This document shows, in pieces, positions 48,101-61,984 of a DNA stretch of 64,000 nt. Positions within the stretch are counted from its first letter, which is position 1, and every line of letters begins with the position of its first letter. The notes below the pieces were generated by a model that saw only the letters and a list, made by a program, of their open reading frames with translations, was not told the origin of the DNA and did no database searches. The position numbers were made by a program, and so were the translations under genes. This stretch comes from Azolla caroliniana (Eukaryota; Plantae; Polypodiophyta), in contig JBHGNT010000007.1 of the NCBI GenBank assembly GCA_043228905.1, positions 8,556,001-8,620,000 on the forward strand, in the 5' to 3' direction.

Positions 48101-48117
48101 TTTTCAAGTTTGTGCAT
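45108..48117 (-). pseudogene. Accessory 3' ORF(s) of element C (globular N-terminal part, Pro/Glu linker, long coiled coil, conserved W-x-x-W motif, polyQ)
   Basis: Fragments 47344-48117, 46527-47246, 45885-46514, 45588-45857 and 45108-45560 lie in the sense orientation after integrase, separated by a T-rich spacer. Confidence 0.75.
45172..45210 (-). repeat. (CAA/CAG)n microsatellite encoding polyQ
   Basis: gttgttgttg...gctgct run. ORF reads KQQQQQQQQP. Confidence 0.85.
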
Positions 48118-48282
48118 GTCGCGTACTTAAAATAGCATTATGTCCTGTGGTGGCGCTTTAAATGCCCACTACGTACCTTTTCACTCCACGCTCTTTCATC
48201 CATTCATTCCTCGCTTTTGCATGATTGTTTTTTCATTCCTCGCTTTTTTTTTTTTTCAGCTATTATTATTATTATTGTGACG

Positions 48283-51200
48283 TCACTTGTCCGTTGGTCC
48301 TTCCGGACCCTTACCGGCCTCATTCTCCCCAGTTACCGGCTCGCCTTCCCTACCGTCTTGGTGGTTGTCGTCGGTCCTTTGCTCAAACGGGTTCTTAGGC
48401 ATCGGTCGTCTATATGCCTTTAACCAGAATCCGTTGACCCATTTGCCCAGCACTTCGCCGGCAAGTGTCCCCAACTGGTAGGACCCATTATACTCCCGTG
48501 TTAGCCAATATGGTCCGGTCCATCTAAACCTTAGTTTACCCGGCATCTTGCCCATCTGGGTTTGGAATACTAATACCGGTTTGCCGATTACGAACATTTT
48601 TTCGTTACCTTTCCTGTGCCGGTCGACGAATGCTTTCCGTCGCCGTTGCTCCAATTCTAAATGTAGGATGTTGGCCAACCGTTGTTCCTCCAACTCACAC
48701 AGCGCTGTCAACCTTATTGTCTCCGACTCCTTCTCGTTCAGCCGTTCTCGTAGCTGGATCCGTAAGCTAGGTACTTGAAATTCTACCGGCATGACCGCCT
48801 CGAGTCCGAATGCTAACCGGAACGGTGTTGTTCAGATGCTCGTTTTGTATGCCGTCCGGTATGCCCAAAGCGCGCTATGTAGCTTTGTGTCCCAATCCGT
48901 CCGGTTCTCGTTGACGATCTTCCGAACGATATTCTGGAGCGTCTTGTTTGTTGATTCCGCTAATCCGTTCGCCTGTGGATAGTAAGGTGTGCTTCGTTTG
49001 TGGACCACGGCATAGAAGGTCGTTAGGCTTTCTACTACTTGTCCGAGAAAGTGCCCCCCTTGGTCACTTATCAATTCAATGGGGCATCCGTAACAGCATC
49101 AGATGTACTCATATAGAAACTTTGCAGTTGACGCAGCGGTATTATCCCGTAAAGCTTTGGCCTCCACCCATTTCGTGCAGTAATCCGTAGCAACGATAAC
49201 GTACCGATTACCCATTCTCATTGCCGGTGGCTTGAACGGTCCTACAAATTCCAGCCCCCACTTTTGGAATGGCTCGAGTGGTAGTACTGGCTGGTGTGGC
49301 ATACGAGCCTACTCCGTTGGATGGCCCATTCTCTGGCATAGGTCACATTCTTTTGCGTACCGTACCGCATCTCTTAATGTCGTTGGCCACCATAGGCCAC
49401 TTTGCCATATTTTTCTGGCCGTCGCATCTCCGGCATAGTGACCTCCGGCAACTCCGCAGTGGGCTTCCCTCAGTATCAGTTCCTTTTCATCACTGCGCAC
49501 CGCCCGTCTCCATATGCCGTCAGCACCCTTGTGGTACAGTGTGTCTTGCAATAAGCAGAAATGTCGGCTTTGTACCGCCAGGCGTTTCCGTTCGTCCTGG
49601 TTCAGCTCTTCCGGAGGCAGTCCTGTGCTCAGAAACTGGTGCATATTTGTGAGCCACTTGTCTTCCTAGGCCACTGTTTCATCTACTGCCGTCTCCGTAG
49701 TGACTCGAAACAGTTCCGCATCCGGAAACTCATCCAGTACTCCGTCACCCGTCTCTCCGGACTCCAATCGGCTTAAGTAATCCGCTACGGCATGCTGTAT
49801 ACCGGGTCGGTGGAATATTTCAAACTCGAACTCCTGTAACAATAAGGTCCACCGGGCCAATTTGCCGGTGAGTGACGCCTTGGACACTAGGTAAAGGAGT
49901 GCCAAATGATCTACATGGAAGGAAAACTTCCTTCCCAACAAATAGTGCCGAAACTTTGTCACACTGTACATCATTCCTAGAGCTTCCCATTCCGTAGTAG
50001 AGTAGTTCCGTTCTGCTTGGGATAGCTTCCTGCTGGCATAGTACACTGGCCGGTACCACTTTGGTTCCGTAAGCTGCATCAGTACGCTTCCGATTGCGAT
50101 GTCGGAGGCGTCCACGAACACGTGAAATTCTTTACTCCAATCCGGAGGTTGTAATACCGGTGCCTGCGACAATAGTACCTTGAGGGCCTTATACGCCCTA
50201 TCCTCAGTATCGGTCCACTGGAATGGTGTCCGATGTACGGCGGCATGCAACGGTGTAGCCAGGTCGGCCAAGTATCGGAGCATCCGACTGTGCCACCGGA
50301 TCTGGCCTAAGAACCGGCTTAATGCCTTTGCCGTTGCCGGCACCGGTGCTTCTAATATGGCTTTCACTTTGTCCAGGTCGACTGCAATACCTTCCTGGCT
50401 CACGATATGTCCTAATAAAGTTCCACTGGACACGCCAAATACACACTTTGCCAGATTTAAGCTTAGCCGGTACGCTCTACACTTTTCTAGACAAAGACAA
50501 AGGTGCTGAAAATGGTCCTCCTCCCGGCTATAGACGGCGAAATCGTCAAGGAAAACCTGCATAAAAGCCGGTATATATTCACCAAAGATTTCCATGATGA
50601 TTCTTTGAAACGTTGCCGGTGCCGTTTTGAGTCCGAACATCATCACCACGGCCACAAACACCCCCCATTCAGTGACGAATGTCGTTTTCTCCTAGTCGTC
50701 GGGGTGCATCCGGATCTGATTATACCCACTGAATCCGTCTAGGAAGCTATAGACCTCATGGCCGGCGATGGCATCCAACACTCCATCTGTGAACGGAAGT
50801 GGAAACACATCTGTTACCGTAGCCGCATTGAGTTTCCGGTAGTCCACGCAAACTCAAATTTTTCCGTTCTTCTTCGGTACGACTACAATCGGGCTCAGCC
50901 ATGTCGCTTTCTTTACCGGATGGATAAAGCCAACTCTTAGCAGTTTGTTGATTTCTTCCTTGACCTTGGCCGCATAATTGGGATTCATCCGGTACCGTCT
51001 TTGTGCCACTGGTTTTGCGTCCTTGCTCAAGTGTACTTGATGCTGGTATAACTGAGGATCGAGTCCTCGCATATCTTCGTATGACCAGGCGAACACATCC
51101 CGGAATTCCGTGAGAAGTGTTATCATCGCCGTTTTGTCTTCGGACTTCATCTCCTTGGCGATGTGCACCGGTTTTGCTTCGTCCGTGGTGCCTAAATTCA

Positions 51201-54060
51201 CCTCTTCCAGTTGCAATGCTTTTACGCGCTGTGAAACGGCCATTTCCCGTTCCAACGCTTCTTGCGCTTGCCGTAACTCCCGGATTGCGTCTTTATCCGG
51301 TTCTGCTTCCGCCTCTTCCGGTTGCGGTAAGTACGGTGCTACGACTTCGGCAATGTCAATTTCGAAGAGGGGTATGATCTTCGGGTTTTCTTGCAGGTAT
51401 TGAGCTTCTTCTTCGTCCGCTAACCCTTCTAGCATGTTGACGCATTCCGCATACAACAGTGTACATTCCTTGCCAGTGCTCGTCCTTGGCTGTGTTGGTA
51501 CCCGTACCTTGGCTTTTCCTCGCCGGAAGGTAATTATATTTTTTCGCCAATTCTGTTTGATATGTGCCGTTTTCAACCATGGCCGCCCCAGCAATAGCGG
51601 GTATGCGCCTTGTGCCTGTAATTGTAGCACTACGGCCGAGATGTGAAATGTATGACCGCCGACGGTGACTTCTAATTTCCGTATTAATCTTGTCGGCCGT
51701 ACTGAGCTTGTATCGGCCATCCGCAACCAAAACGGACACGGCTCCCACTCGTGGATTCCTAGGTCATCACACGTCCAGAGGCTTATTACATTTACACCAG
51801 AGCCTCCGTCTATGACTGTGCCGGGAAGTTCTTTCCCTTTTACAATGGTAGTGATTACCGGACTGCTGGTGTCTACCACCGTTGGTCCCTCCTCCGGATT
51901 CGAGAAGAGTACCGGTGCCGGTGATGCTTCTCCTGCTGTCATGGCCGTCTTCAGTCCTTCCGTGAATCTTGGCACGAGTTGTAGGAGTCTTCCTAGTGGT
52001 AACGTAATCTGGCATTCTTGCAACGCCTGCCATGTCTCGTTCTCGGAGTGACTGCCGCCGGCAAGCCCTGCGGTGTTCTCCTTTTGCTGTTGTAAGTCTG
52101 TGACATTCTGCTCGTTTGCTTTCTTTACCCATTCCGTTGCTTGTTTCCGGATGGTCTCCTATGTCTCCCATTCTTTGGCCATGCCCTTCGACCTTGTGGT
52201 CACCTACTGCAGGTCTGCCACCTCAGGGACTACCATATTTACCGTCGGTCGTTTTTCGTAGCTCTTCACTGGGCATTGGTTACTATAATGGCCTTCCTGT
52301 CGGCAGTAGTAGCAGTAGGCCTTCCGGGTATTGCTAGATTCGGCATTGTTTGTTGTGCTCGGAGCAGGTCGTACGGTACGCGCGGGGTTTTGTACCGGTT
52401 GGCTACTTGGAGCTCCTTGTTCCGGATTCTAGGGGTAGCCGCCTTTTCTAAAATGTCGTTTTTTGTTATAGCTTTTCTTATTACGGTACTCTTGATGGGG
52501 TTGCCCGTTATATCTGCCGTATTCCTCCCGTTGCTGACGATACTCGGGGGAGTGCTCCCGGTCGTACTGTTCATATCGTCTATTGTAATCCTGGCACCGA
52601 TCATGCCGGTCATAGTTCTCTCGCCGATCACCGTACCGGACATCATTTTCCCGTCGCTCGCCATACCGGACATCCTATGCCGGTCGGTCACGGTCTATTC
52701 GCCGCCAGCGTTCGTCTTCTTCATCCTGGCTGTTGCGTGGCTCAATTTGTCGGACGGGCAGTGCTTGCCAATTCAACAGATTATACTCGCACCTATCCGT
52801 CGTATGGCTCTTGGATTGACATATTACACATTGCGTCCTCATAGTGCATTCTAGAGCCGAGTGTCCGGAATTCAAGCAGGTTGTGCACTGTATTGCTTGC
52901 CGAAACCGGAGGTCTTCATCAGACGGTAACGCCCGTTGAAGTGCGCCCAGTGTGAGCCAGGAGCTTGTCTTTCCCATCTCTTTCACCCGGTCAATGACCT
53001 GGTCGATGGTACTTGTGCGGAAATCGATTACCGTGCAAACCGTGCGTAGGGGTTCCCGAAGCGCGTTTAGGAATATCGTCCGTAATTCCTCCTCCGGGGG
53101 TGCACGGGTAAGCTGACTATGCATCCGTTGAAACCGGATGACAAATTGGGGAATGCTCTCCCCTACCTCTTGCTAGATGGTATAAAATAAGCCTACCATT
53201 ACGGTCTGGTCAACCTCCTTTTGAAAAAAATGCATGAATTTAGCTTTTAAATCTGCAAAGGTGTTGATGGTAGACGGGTCCTGCGTCCGACGCCATCTTG
53301 CTGTTGGTCCCTCCAATGTCACGCCAAATTCCGCTATCTTAGAGCGTTCTTCTTCTTCTGGGGTCAATCACTGGGACACATGGTTGGCTTCCCATGTCTG
53401 TTCAAAGGCGTGCACATGAGCTTCCGCGTCTGGATCATCTCTATACTTGGAGTACTGGAACGGCATGTCGTCGTCCGGTATCGGTGCGCAGGCTGGTAGT
53501 GTTGGTGCTCATTCCAGAATTGTCTCCGGTGTCGGTGGTCTTTCCCGATTTGATTCCGGTGTCGGTTGTTTCTCTTCCTTTGGTGACGGAGGCCTCTCCT
53601 CTTCGACTTCCGGTGTCGGAGGTCGTTCTTCCTCTACTGGTTCCGGGGGTTCCAGCGTTAGCACTTCCGGTTCCGGTTCCGGTGTCGGTAAGGTATCCGA
53701 TCCTTCGTCCTCCGGTCCGCCCGGGGTTTCGTTGCTGCTACGGTAGTTCGTGTGCACGCTATATTCCCCTTCGGAGTCTGATTCATATGCTGAAAAGGCC
53801 TCTGCTTCGCCTTCTCCGTTTGCCAACGTGTGGAGAAGGGATTCGGTTTCCCGGAGGCTGCTTAGGCTGCTGCCGTCGTCCGGGTGCGATGTTTGCTGTA
53901 ACCAGAGGGAGTCCTCCGCTACTCTCCGGATTACTTTGGAAAACGAGCGATCCGCTCTATTTTCCTGCGCCGCTTGCTGGAAAGCCTCGCGTCTCCTTTG
54001 CCTTTCGGTAAGGCGTCGAGTTTGATCTGTAACCAGGTCGTAAGTTGATCTAGACATCCA
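48283..54060 (-). pseudogene. pol: gag-pol of element C, broken by stops and frameshifts
   Basis: CTTCLNSGH/CVICQSKSH knuckles, VIDGGSGVN protease, FLDD RT, FVDASD RNase H, ISDQGGHF and YPQANGLAE integrase, RWTGPY. Confidence 0.92.
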
Positions 54061-54933
54061 TCCGTGCCGTCGTTCGCTGCAAAAACAGGAATCGTGGTCG
54101 CCAAAAACTGTGTTAACTCTTCGGGCCGGACAATGGCCTAACACAGGGTGTCTACGGGAGACACTTCACCAAAGGGTGTTACGGCAACTGGATTAGACTT
54201 GAACGCTTAATCCGACTTAATCAAGTTACTTATTAGGATCGTCTTCATAACACGCGTAAGATATAACAATTAAGACAGAACGGCAATTAACACAGAGATA
54301 TAACAACGCTTAAGCTTTCATTAATTAACCGCTAACTATTACATTGTATTCGGGCCTTTAAATAGGTTTCCGGTCTGTATTACAAAACGGTGCCCTCCGC
54401 ACCTGTTCGGGATCGGTCCGGATCCGGAACGGCATACCGTTTCCGGTCCGTCCGTCCACACTCATAGCTTAATTACAACCACATTCCTACTACTTAATTA
54501 GCTCTCCGTTTCCCACTCTGGACTCCTTTCCCAGCCGGTAACACTTTCTCTTTTCTTCGACGAACACCTCGTGGTTGTCGCACATCACCTCTGCGAGTAT
54601 GGTGTTGTCGTCCACTGGATCCGACCACCCGGTTATGCTTTGCACGCTTCGGTCCGCAAGCTCTACCTCGTTCGACGTGACTTTTCCCTTCTTCTCATAT
54701 TCGAGAACGGAAGTCCAAAACTTTGCTCCCGCTCTAGCAGCTTCAGTCTTGTCTTTCCCGACTCTTATTCCGGACGACGCAGCATAGTGCATCGCATCCA
54801 CATGAGTCGCATCGGCATCCTCCATAGATTTCTTCATTCCTCCTCTTCCGAAATTCACCCGTAGGGGTCTTCTAGTCTCGCTTGAGCAGATCTTGTTGTC
54901 CTCTATGTATACGATATTTTGTCGAATCGCCTC

Positions 54934-55818
54934 TCAAAGGCTCGCACAATCCCTTCTCATGTGGTCCATGCTATCGCACCACACGCATCTAAAGGGTTCT
55001 TTTCCTTTAGGGCCCCGACGATTCATGTTGGCTAGCGTGACCTTCTCGAACTTCTTCGCTACCTCTTCAATGATGTCGTCATCAATCTTCTTTTCTTCCA
55101 CGTTACTTTGTCTTGGCGGCTCAGCTACTTTCGGCGGTCTTGCTTTCTCCGTGGTAGTCGATGTCGTCAAGTCGGTGTCATCAACCCATTGGCGACACTT
55201 GTCGAGCCTACTGCATGCCTGCTTCACCGCGATCCAGTCTGCTACGAGCCCATTTGCTTGGGTATCATCTTCGAGAAGAGTCCCCAACTCCCGTCTATCC
55301 TTTATGTCCACGGCCTTCAAGAAGTACAAAGTCTTGTCCTCTTCAAGCAACACTTGGTCCGTATTGGGGAGACGACTAAACATCTGGTCAAATTCGTCGT
55401 ACACCCTCGAGACGCTCATCTTCTTATTCTTCTTCTCCATCCACTTCATCAGGGCATGTCCAGTCATCCTCGTTGAGTCTTCAGTCACGAGCTCCGCTAG
55501 TATCATTTTCTCGAACTCGGACCATGTTGTCTTACCTTCTTGAAGCTCGATGACGCGTCTTTGGATGTTGTTGGCGACAACTCTCTTGAAGCTTGCGATT
55601 TGACGTGCCTCGGACACGTCCCTCTGATTCATCTCCCTTCTATATGCATCAAGGAAGTTCGTAACGTTACTTCCATCGAATTGGCCCTCGAGCTCCACGA
55701 CACGATCGACAGCCTTCTCCACGCTCGCGTCGTTGTCCCAAGATCTCATCATTTGCTCGACGATTAGCATCATCCTTTCGAGCTCTCCTGCTTGGTTGCT
55801 TGAGGACGCCATCTCCAA
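54934..55818 (-). pseudogene. gag: gag of element H with a zinc knuckle, disrupted downstream
   Basis: GQFDGSNVTNFL..Y and CxxCxxxxHxxxxC. Homologous to the gag of elements B and D. Confidence 0.8.
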
Positions 55819-56968
55819 GTATTAATCTCGACTTGATCCTTCCTACTGCATCGTTCACGTCGGGTTCACCACTTTATTATGTCGTGAAGATTCGTCACTA
55901 TGCGCGGATCGTGAGGCGGAACCGCCGGGGTTCTGAACCGGAAGGATTCAAAGTCGATACAAGCTTTGGCGCAAGCTTTAGCGAGAAAGTACTTATGATA
56001 GATTGGGAAAGAGAGAAGTTGAGATTAAACGATTGAGAGAGATTGATTGAACTTTTAACTTTAGATTAAGAAACAAGTTACACGATCAATTTGATAACGA
56101 ATTTCTTCTTCTTAATTTCATAAAAAAAACCGTGTTTTTTCTCCTCCCCCTTCCTTCTTTTCTAGATGCTCTCATGCATATGATGCATGTGAGGGTACAA
56201 GACATGCATAAATTGCATGTTTGCCATTTGGCGCTTATGTATTACATGTGGTGCATGATAACCATGTCACCCATTTTAGCTCACGTATGAGAATTTACAT
56301 GTAAAAGTACAATGATAACAATATAATTTCAACTAAATAGCATGGCTTAATGGTAAGCCAATTGACTTATAACTCGGAGGTGAAAGGTTTGAATCCTTAC
56401 TTCCCCTCCTTGTATATGTATATTTGTATATATATTTATATATTTATTTATATAGTCACCGGTGCCTCGTCGGTTACCGGTGCCTCGCAGGATGCCGGAT
56501 GCCGTCGGTTATCGGTGCCTCGCCGGATGCCGTCGCCAGATGCCGGTGTCGTCGCCGGATGCCGTCGGTTCACCGTCTCCATCGTCGGTCCGGTTTTGGT
56601 TGGCCAAAACCCTTTACGAGTAGCTAGCACACCTCGACTCTTAGTTCAAGTTACCTTGAACTCTCTATGCTCCACACATAGACACAAAGATAATATCTTT
56701 TGTTCCACCTTATATATGATGAGAGTCGTATTTGTCGTGCCTATGTGGGATATCTCACAATTTTCTCTTTTCTTTTCACAAACTTTATACCCTCATATCT
56801 TGACATTTAGTTGTCCATTTCTCGTGTAATAAAGTGCATTCGAAACCTCCATCATTTTGTACTTAGATATTAAAAATATTATCTTCACAATTATTGTATT
56901 ATGTGATTCATACTCGATTTCGTACGTTTTATGGGATTTTCACACTATTGCCGAAAATCTTCACGACA

Positions 56969-58383
56969 GCGTAGTGCGAGTTTTGCCGGCCATCCTTACC
57001 GGTCTTGCCGGATCCGGATTTGTCCGAATCGGCACGCTTTCTCCAACACTCGCTTTCCCTGTGGCCTTTTTTGCCACAGTACCAGCATTCCGTAGCGGAT
57101 TTGTCTTGCCGACCTCCGGCACCGCCTTGACTCCCCCTGCTTGTGGAAGTCCCGGAACTGCTGTCGGCACACTCATAGTGCCTTCATTCCTGCTCTTGCC
57201 GGCCGCCTCCATTGCGTGCCGACCCACCTCTTCCACCACGCCCACGGAGCCGATCCGTTCCTGTGTACAACATTTGGCTGTCCGGGGATGCACTGGTAGA
57301 TGCACCGGCGTGGTTCTCCTCTACAAGGAGCATCGACTGTAAGTCGAAGAATGAGGGAGTATTCTCCCTTGTACACACCGCAATCCGGAACGCTCTGAAC
57401 TTGGACGCCAGGCCTCCGAGACATACCTGCACCATCTCGTCTTCCTCTATGGTAACATTGATAGAGGCGAGCGAGTCGCAGATTTCCTTTATCCGGCCCG
57501 TGTAGTCTGCCACAGACATGTTCTTCTGTCGAACATTGCTCAACTCCTGTCTGAGTTGCAGCTTCCGGGCAATGGTGCTTGCGGCGAAAACCTTTTTCAG
57601 GTTCCCCCAAGCATCCATCGGTGTCTTGACGTCATGGATGTGGCTAAGCAGCTGATCGCCGACACTGGATGCGAAGCAGTACATCACCCTGCTTGCCGAC
57701 TGTTCCCATACTGGGAAGTCCTTGTGTGTCGAGTCTGGCGCCGCATCATTCGCTCCTTCGACATAACTCCAGTACCCATGTCCAAGCAGGTACTGGTGCA
57801 TCTTGTAAGACCAGGATGCATAGTTGCTCCTGTCGAGCTTCTCCACTGGGAGCGACGTAGCCATGCCTCTATCCATGTCTTCTACTGTGTCTGTTTTCGA
57901 CCTGTTAGGGTTTTCTTCTCAAGAGTAAATGTCTGCAGCAGAGATTCTCAACCCTCGCGCTCTGATACCATGTAAACATAAGTGTTTGCGGAAGCGTAAA
58001 ACAGAGAACAACATACACATAGAGAGAGAGAGAGAGACAGAGAGACAGAGAGAGCAGAACATAATTTCAAAATTATATCAAGACTCAGTATACACACTGT
58101 GCTAAGTAGCACTATTTATACAAGTCCTCTTGGGACTGACAGAAGTACCATGTACTTCAATGCTCACACGAGCATCTGACACTTACTACGAGACTATAGC
58201 TACCTAGTAGTCTATCCTATACTAGGCTTCCGATTGGACTTCCGGTTACGGATTGCACCCGGCCTCCACTGCTTGCCGGTTCGGTTGCTCACCGTCATAC
58301 CGATCCGTTTCGCCCGATCCGTCTCGCTTACCGGCTCCGGCTTATTCAGCCGATCCGGCTCTGGTTGAGCTTGCCGCTCAACA
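56969..58383 (-). mobile_element. Ty1/Copia 5' portion: LTR 57971-58383, tRNA-iMet PBS, gag 57184-57876
   Basis: PBS TGGTATCAGAGC at plus 57959-57970. Gag contains KLDRSNYASWSYKM...LLGHGYWSYV, typical of Copia gag. Confidence 0.92.
58021..58054 (+). repeat. (GA)n microsatellite in the Copia LTR
   Basis: agagagagag run. Confidence 0.85.
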
Positions 58384-61300
58384 ATTCAAATGTATGGGGA
58401 CCAACACATAACATAAGTCTTGGCGGGAGTCAGTATTTCATCTCCTTCATCGACGACTATAGCCGACACACATGGATCTACCTCATTGAGTGGAAGAGCA
58501 AAGTCTTCGAGTGTTTCTGGAACCTGCAAAGCCTGGTTGAACGGGAAACGGAGAGGAAGATCAAGTGCCTGCAATCGTATGGTGGAAAAGAATATTTCTC
58601 CGACCAATTCAACAGTTATCTGCAGCAAAAAGTAATTCAGAGAGAGTTCAGCTGCAGATACACACCGTAGCAAAACAGTGTGACCGAGAGGAAGAACCGG
58701 TCGATTGTCGACACGGCAAGGGCAATGCTGGAAGAGAAGAGCATTCCCGATTTCTATTGGGCGAAGGTGGTCCGTACGGCCGTCTACATCCAAAACTGGA
58801 TTGGTGACAAGGTGTTAGCGCATGAGCTATATTTCGGGCACAAGCCGAATTTGCGACACCTTCGGATATTCAGTAGCATTGCATATGTGCATGTGCCGGA
58901 TGAGAAGTGGAAGAAGTTGGATGCAAAGTAGGAGAAATGCATCCTGGTCAGTTACTCGCATGAGCAAAAGGGGTATAGGTGTTATAACCCCCGGATGAAG
59001 CAGGTCCGAGTTAGCCGGGATGTTGAGTTTGATGAGACGGCATCATGGTATGCCTTACCAGCTCCAACTTCCAACCCCGACCCGACACCGGAGGATGAGG
59101 CTAGTGAGCCTGAACCGGTTCAGATAGAAGATGAAGAGAGTCCGATCTCATTTCGGTTAAGTGGATCGAATGAGTGGCTGAGTCGGGATGACCAGTCAGA
59201 TGAGGAATCGGCGAGTAGTGGAGACTCTATCGTGGTCTCCCCGCGCAAGGAACCGAGGAGACGGTTCACTCGCAAAGAGAATGGGAAGAAGAAGATGTCG
59301 GAATACGAAACCAGCAACGTTGAGTTCGATCATAGCGAATCTGACTCCGGAAAGGACCTGGTCAAGAAGGGCCCCAAACCAGGTAATACCAAGTTACGCT
59401 GATCTTCCCGCCAGAAGTACCCCATGATGCGGTACGGGTACAATGAGTACTTGGCGCATCACTATGCGTACATGACCAAGGTGGCGGAAGTGTGTGAGCC
59501 AGAGAGCTACGCAAAAGCGGCAAAGGACGCCAATTGGCGTGTCGCTATGGAGGAAGAAATGCGGGCACTTGATGCCAACGACACATGGGACCTACTTGAC
59601 CCTCCCCGACATTGTAAACCGATCGGATGTAAGTGGGTGTACAAGGTAAAGTACAATGCCGACGGTTCGGTTAACCGGTACAAGGCCCGATTACTGGCGA
59701 AGGGATATGCGCAGACCCACGGAATTGACTATGATGAGACCTTCGCCCCAGTAGTGAAGATGACGATGGTTCGTGTGGTACTGGCAGTTGTTGCGGCAAG
59801 GGGGTGGCATCTTCACCAGATGGACATGAAGAATGTATTTCTTCAAGGAGATCTTGAAGAAGAGGTCTTTCTGACCGAACCCCCCGGTTTCTAGACGGAG
59901 ATGAACAAGTCAGCGGTATGCCGGCTGAAGAAGTCACTCTATGGCCTGAAGCAAGCCCCCCGAGCTTGGAATGCAAAGATCACGCACCGGTTGCGTAAGA
60001 TGGGGTTTGCAGCTTCCAAGTCTGACTCTTCGTTGTTCATCCGGCAAGTTCAGGACGGTCCGGTTTGCATTTTGTTGTATGTTGATGATCTAGTCATATT
60101 ACCGGACCCAAACTCGATGAAATCTGCCACGTCAAGGCCCAACTGTTGGACGCATTTGAGATGAAGGACCTGGGGGACCTTCACTATTTCCTTGGGATCG
60201 AGGTGATCCGAACCCCCGACGGCATATTGCTCTTACAAAGACACTATGTGTTGAATATGTTGTACAAGTTCAGCATGACGGAATGCCGACTATCTCTACA
60301 CCCCTGGACCGGAACCAGAAACTCCATCCCGACTCCGGACCGGCCTGCAATGAGCAACAGTTCTGACAAATCGTCGGAAGCCTTATATATTTGACAATCA
60401 CCCAACCTAACATCAATTATCCGGTCGGCGTGATCAACCATTATATGCAGAAGCCGACCGTGGAGCACCTTATGGGTGCGCATCGAATTTTGCGATATGT
60501 GAGCGGCACGAAGGAACGGGGACTATTATACCGGCATGGTATAACCGAAGAGCTAGTCGGCTACACTGATGCCGACTAAGCCAGCGATGCATCAGATCAC
60601 CGATCCACCTCTGGCTATAAGTTCTCCCTTGGTAGCACGACTGTTGCGTGGAGGAGCAAAAAGCAGCCAACAGTGGCCCTTTCGAGCACTGAGGCTGAGT
60701 ACCGGGGCGCTACCGTTGCCACCTGTGAAGCCATTTGGCTTCAGAGATTGCTGCAAGACCTGCGGATCAAGGTGCAGACCCTAATCTTGATCTACTGCGA
60801 CAACATAAGAAGCATGCAGCTCGCCAAGAACCCCGTATTCCATGCTCGCATAAAGCACATAGAAGTGCACTACCACTTCGTGCGTGTGTGTGTCCTAAGC
60901 GATGAAGTCGAACCTCGGTATGTTCAAACAGATTGGCAAGTTGTCGACATCTTCACCAAACCGCTCGGATCGGACAAGTTGCAACATTTCACCGAAATGC
61001 TTGGTGTTCAGCATCTCGACGTGCCACACTTGAGGGGGAGAACGAGCAAAGACACCGGAAAGGGCAAAGGCAAAGAGATTGTCGATTGTGCCAGTGAGGG
61101 AAGAACCGACAAAGGGAGAGACAAGAAGAAGAACAAAGGAAGTTGACATATCCGAACAAGTTGGAACAAGCAGCAGTGGTGGCAAAGTCAAGAAGGACAG
61201 AGCCGACCAGAAGAAGAAGGCCAAGACCCGGACATGGTCCGATGTCGTGAAGGGCCTGGAACTGGAAGACAAATCGGGAGCGACCGTTTCAGACAAGAGC

Positions 61301-61984
61301 TGGAACGAATTTGGAAGAACTGGATCAATTCAAGGCCAAGAGGATGAGAAGGTAGCAAAAGTCGATACCAACACGAAGGAATCGGTGAATCGGCAAGCGC
61401 CGAAGTCACAACAACGAGGGAGCTGAATTGGGCCTGTTGAGCAGACAAGCCGACCGAGGAGGTCGAGATGCGCAGAAACAGAAGGGTTGCGGCAAACGAG
61501 ACTAGACCGGACGAGGAGCGCGAGCAAGGCGGAGTGACACCGGAAGTAGCCAGGTGGAAGGACCGGCTGTCATGGAGACTGACACTACGATCCAACCTCA
61601 AGTTTAGCTTGAGTGGGAGTGTTGAGCGGCAAGCTCAACTGGATCCGGATCGGCGAGACGGTGAGCAAGTGAGCTGGTGAGTTGGGGAGCCGGTTAGCTG
61701 GAACAAATAGTAACCGGAAGCCTAGTAGTAGCCTAGACTACTAGGTAGTTAATAGTCTCGTAGTTAGTGTTAGATGCTCAAGTGAGCATTGAAGTACGCG
61801 GTACTTCTGTCAGTCCCCTTAGGACTTGTATAAATAGTTCTGTTGAGCACGTTTTATGTATAGAGAACTATTATTGTTTTGTAATAGATTTAAGTTGTTC
61901 TGCTCTTTCTCTATCTCTCCTGCGTATGTAAAGCTTTCCATTAAACCTGCGTGTTTTCTCTGTTCATTTTCTATTGCTTCTACA
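58384..61984 (+). mobile_element. Ty1/Copia 3' portion: integrase, RT and RNase H remnants, PPT 61611-61619, 3' LTR 61620-61984
   Basis: FIDDYSRHTW, GCKWVYKVK, YGLKQAPRAW, LLYVDD, SSTEAEY and [11 protein letters not shown]. The LTR starts TGTTGAGCGGCAAGCTCAAC, like the inverted LTR ending at 58383. Confidence 0.93.

Larger units (their letters stand above)
41120..54543 (-). mobile_element. Element C: full-length non-chromovirus Ty3/Gypsy with a 3' accessory ORF; 5' LTR 54111-54543, 3' LTR 41120-41382 + 44884-45053
   Basis: TGTTA...TAACA termini. 5-bp TSD CTTTC at 41115-41119 and 54544-54548. PBS TGGCGACCACG (plus 54093-54103, tRNA-Arg(UCG)-like). Order gag-PR-RT-RH-IN then extra ORFs. Confidence 0.95.
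40945..56968 (-). mobile_element. Element H: tRNA-Trp-primed element, 5' LTR 55880-56968; gag at 54544-55818 resumes at 40945-41119; 3' part lost
   Basis: 13-bp inverted termini TGTCGTGAAGATT/AATCTTCACGACA. Trp PBS at plus 55854-55871. Gag has the CVWCDSMDHMRRDC knuckle. Interrupted by element C with TSD CTTTC. Confidence 0.85.

Noticed and set aside
41120-54543. Reading element C as a plus-strand element whose PBS is at 45056, or as two fused elements
   Set aside because: All ORFs and the LTR TATA-like motifs are on the minus strand, a second PBS sits by the other LTR, and a matching TSD with direct-repeat LTRs shows a single insertion.
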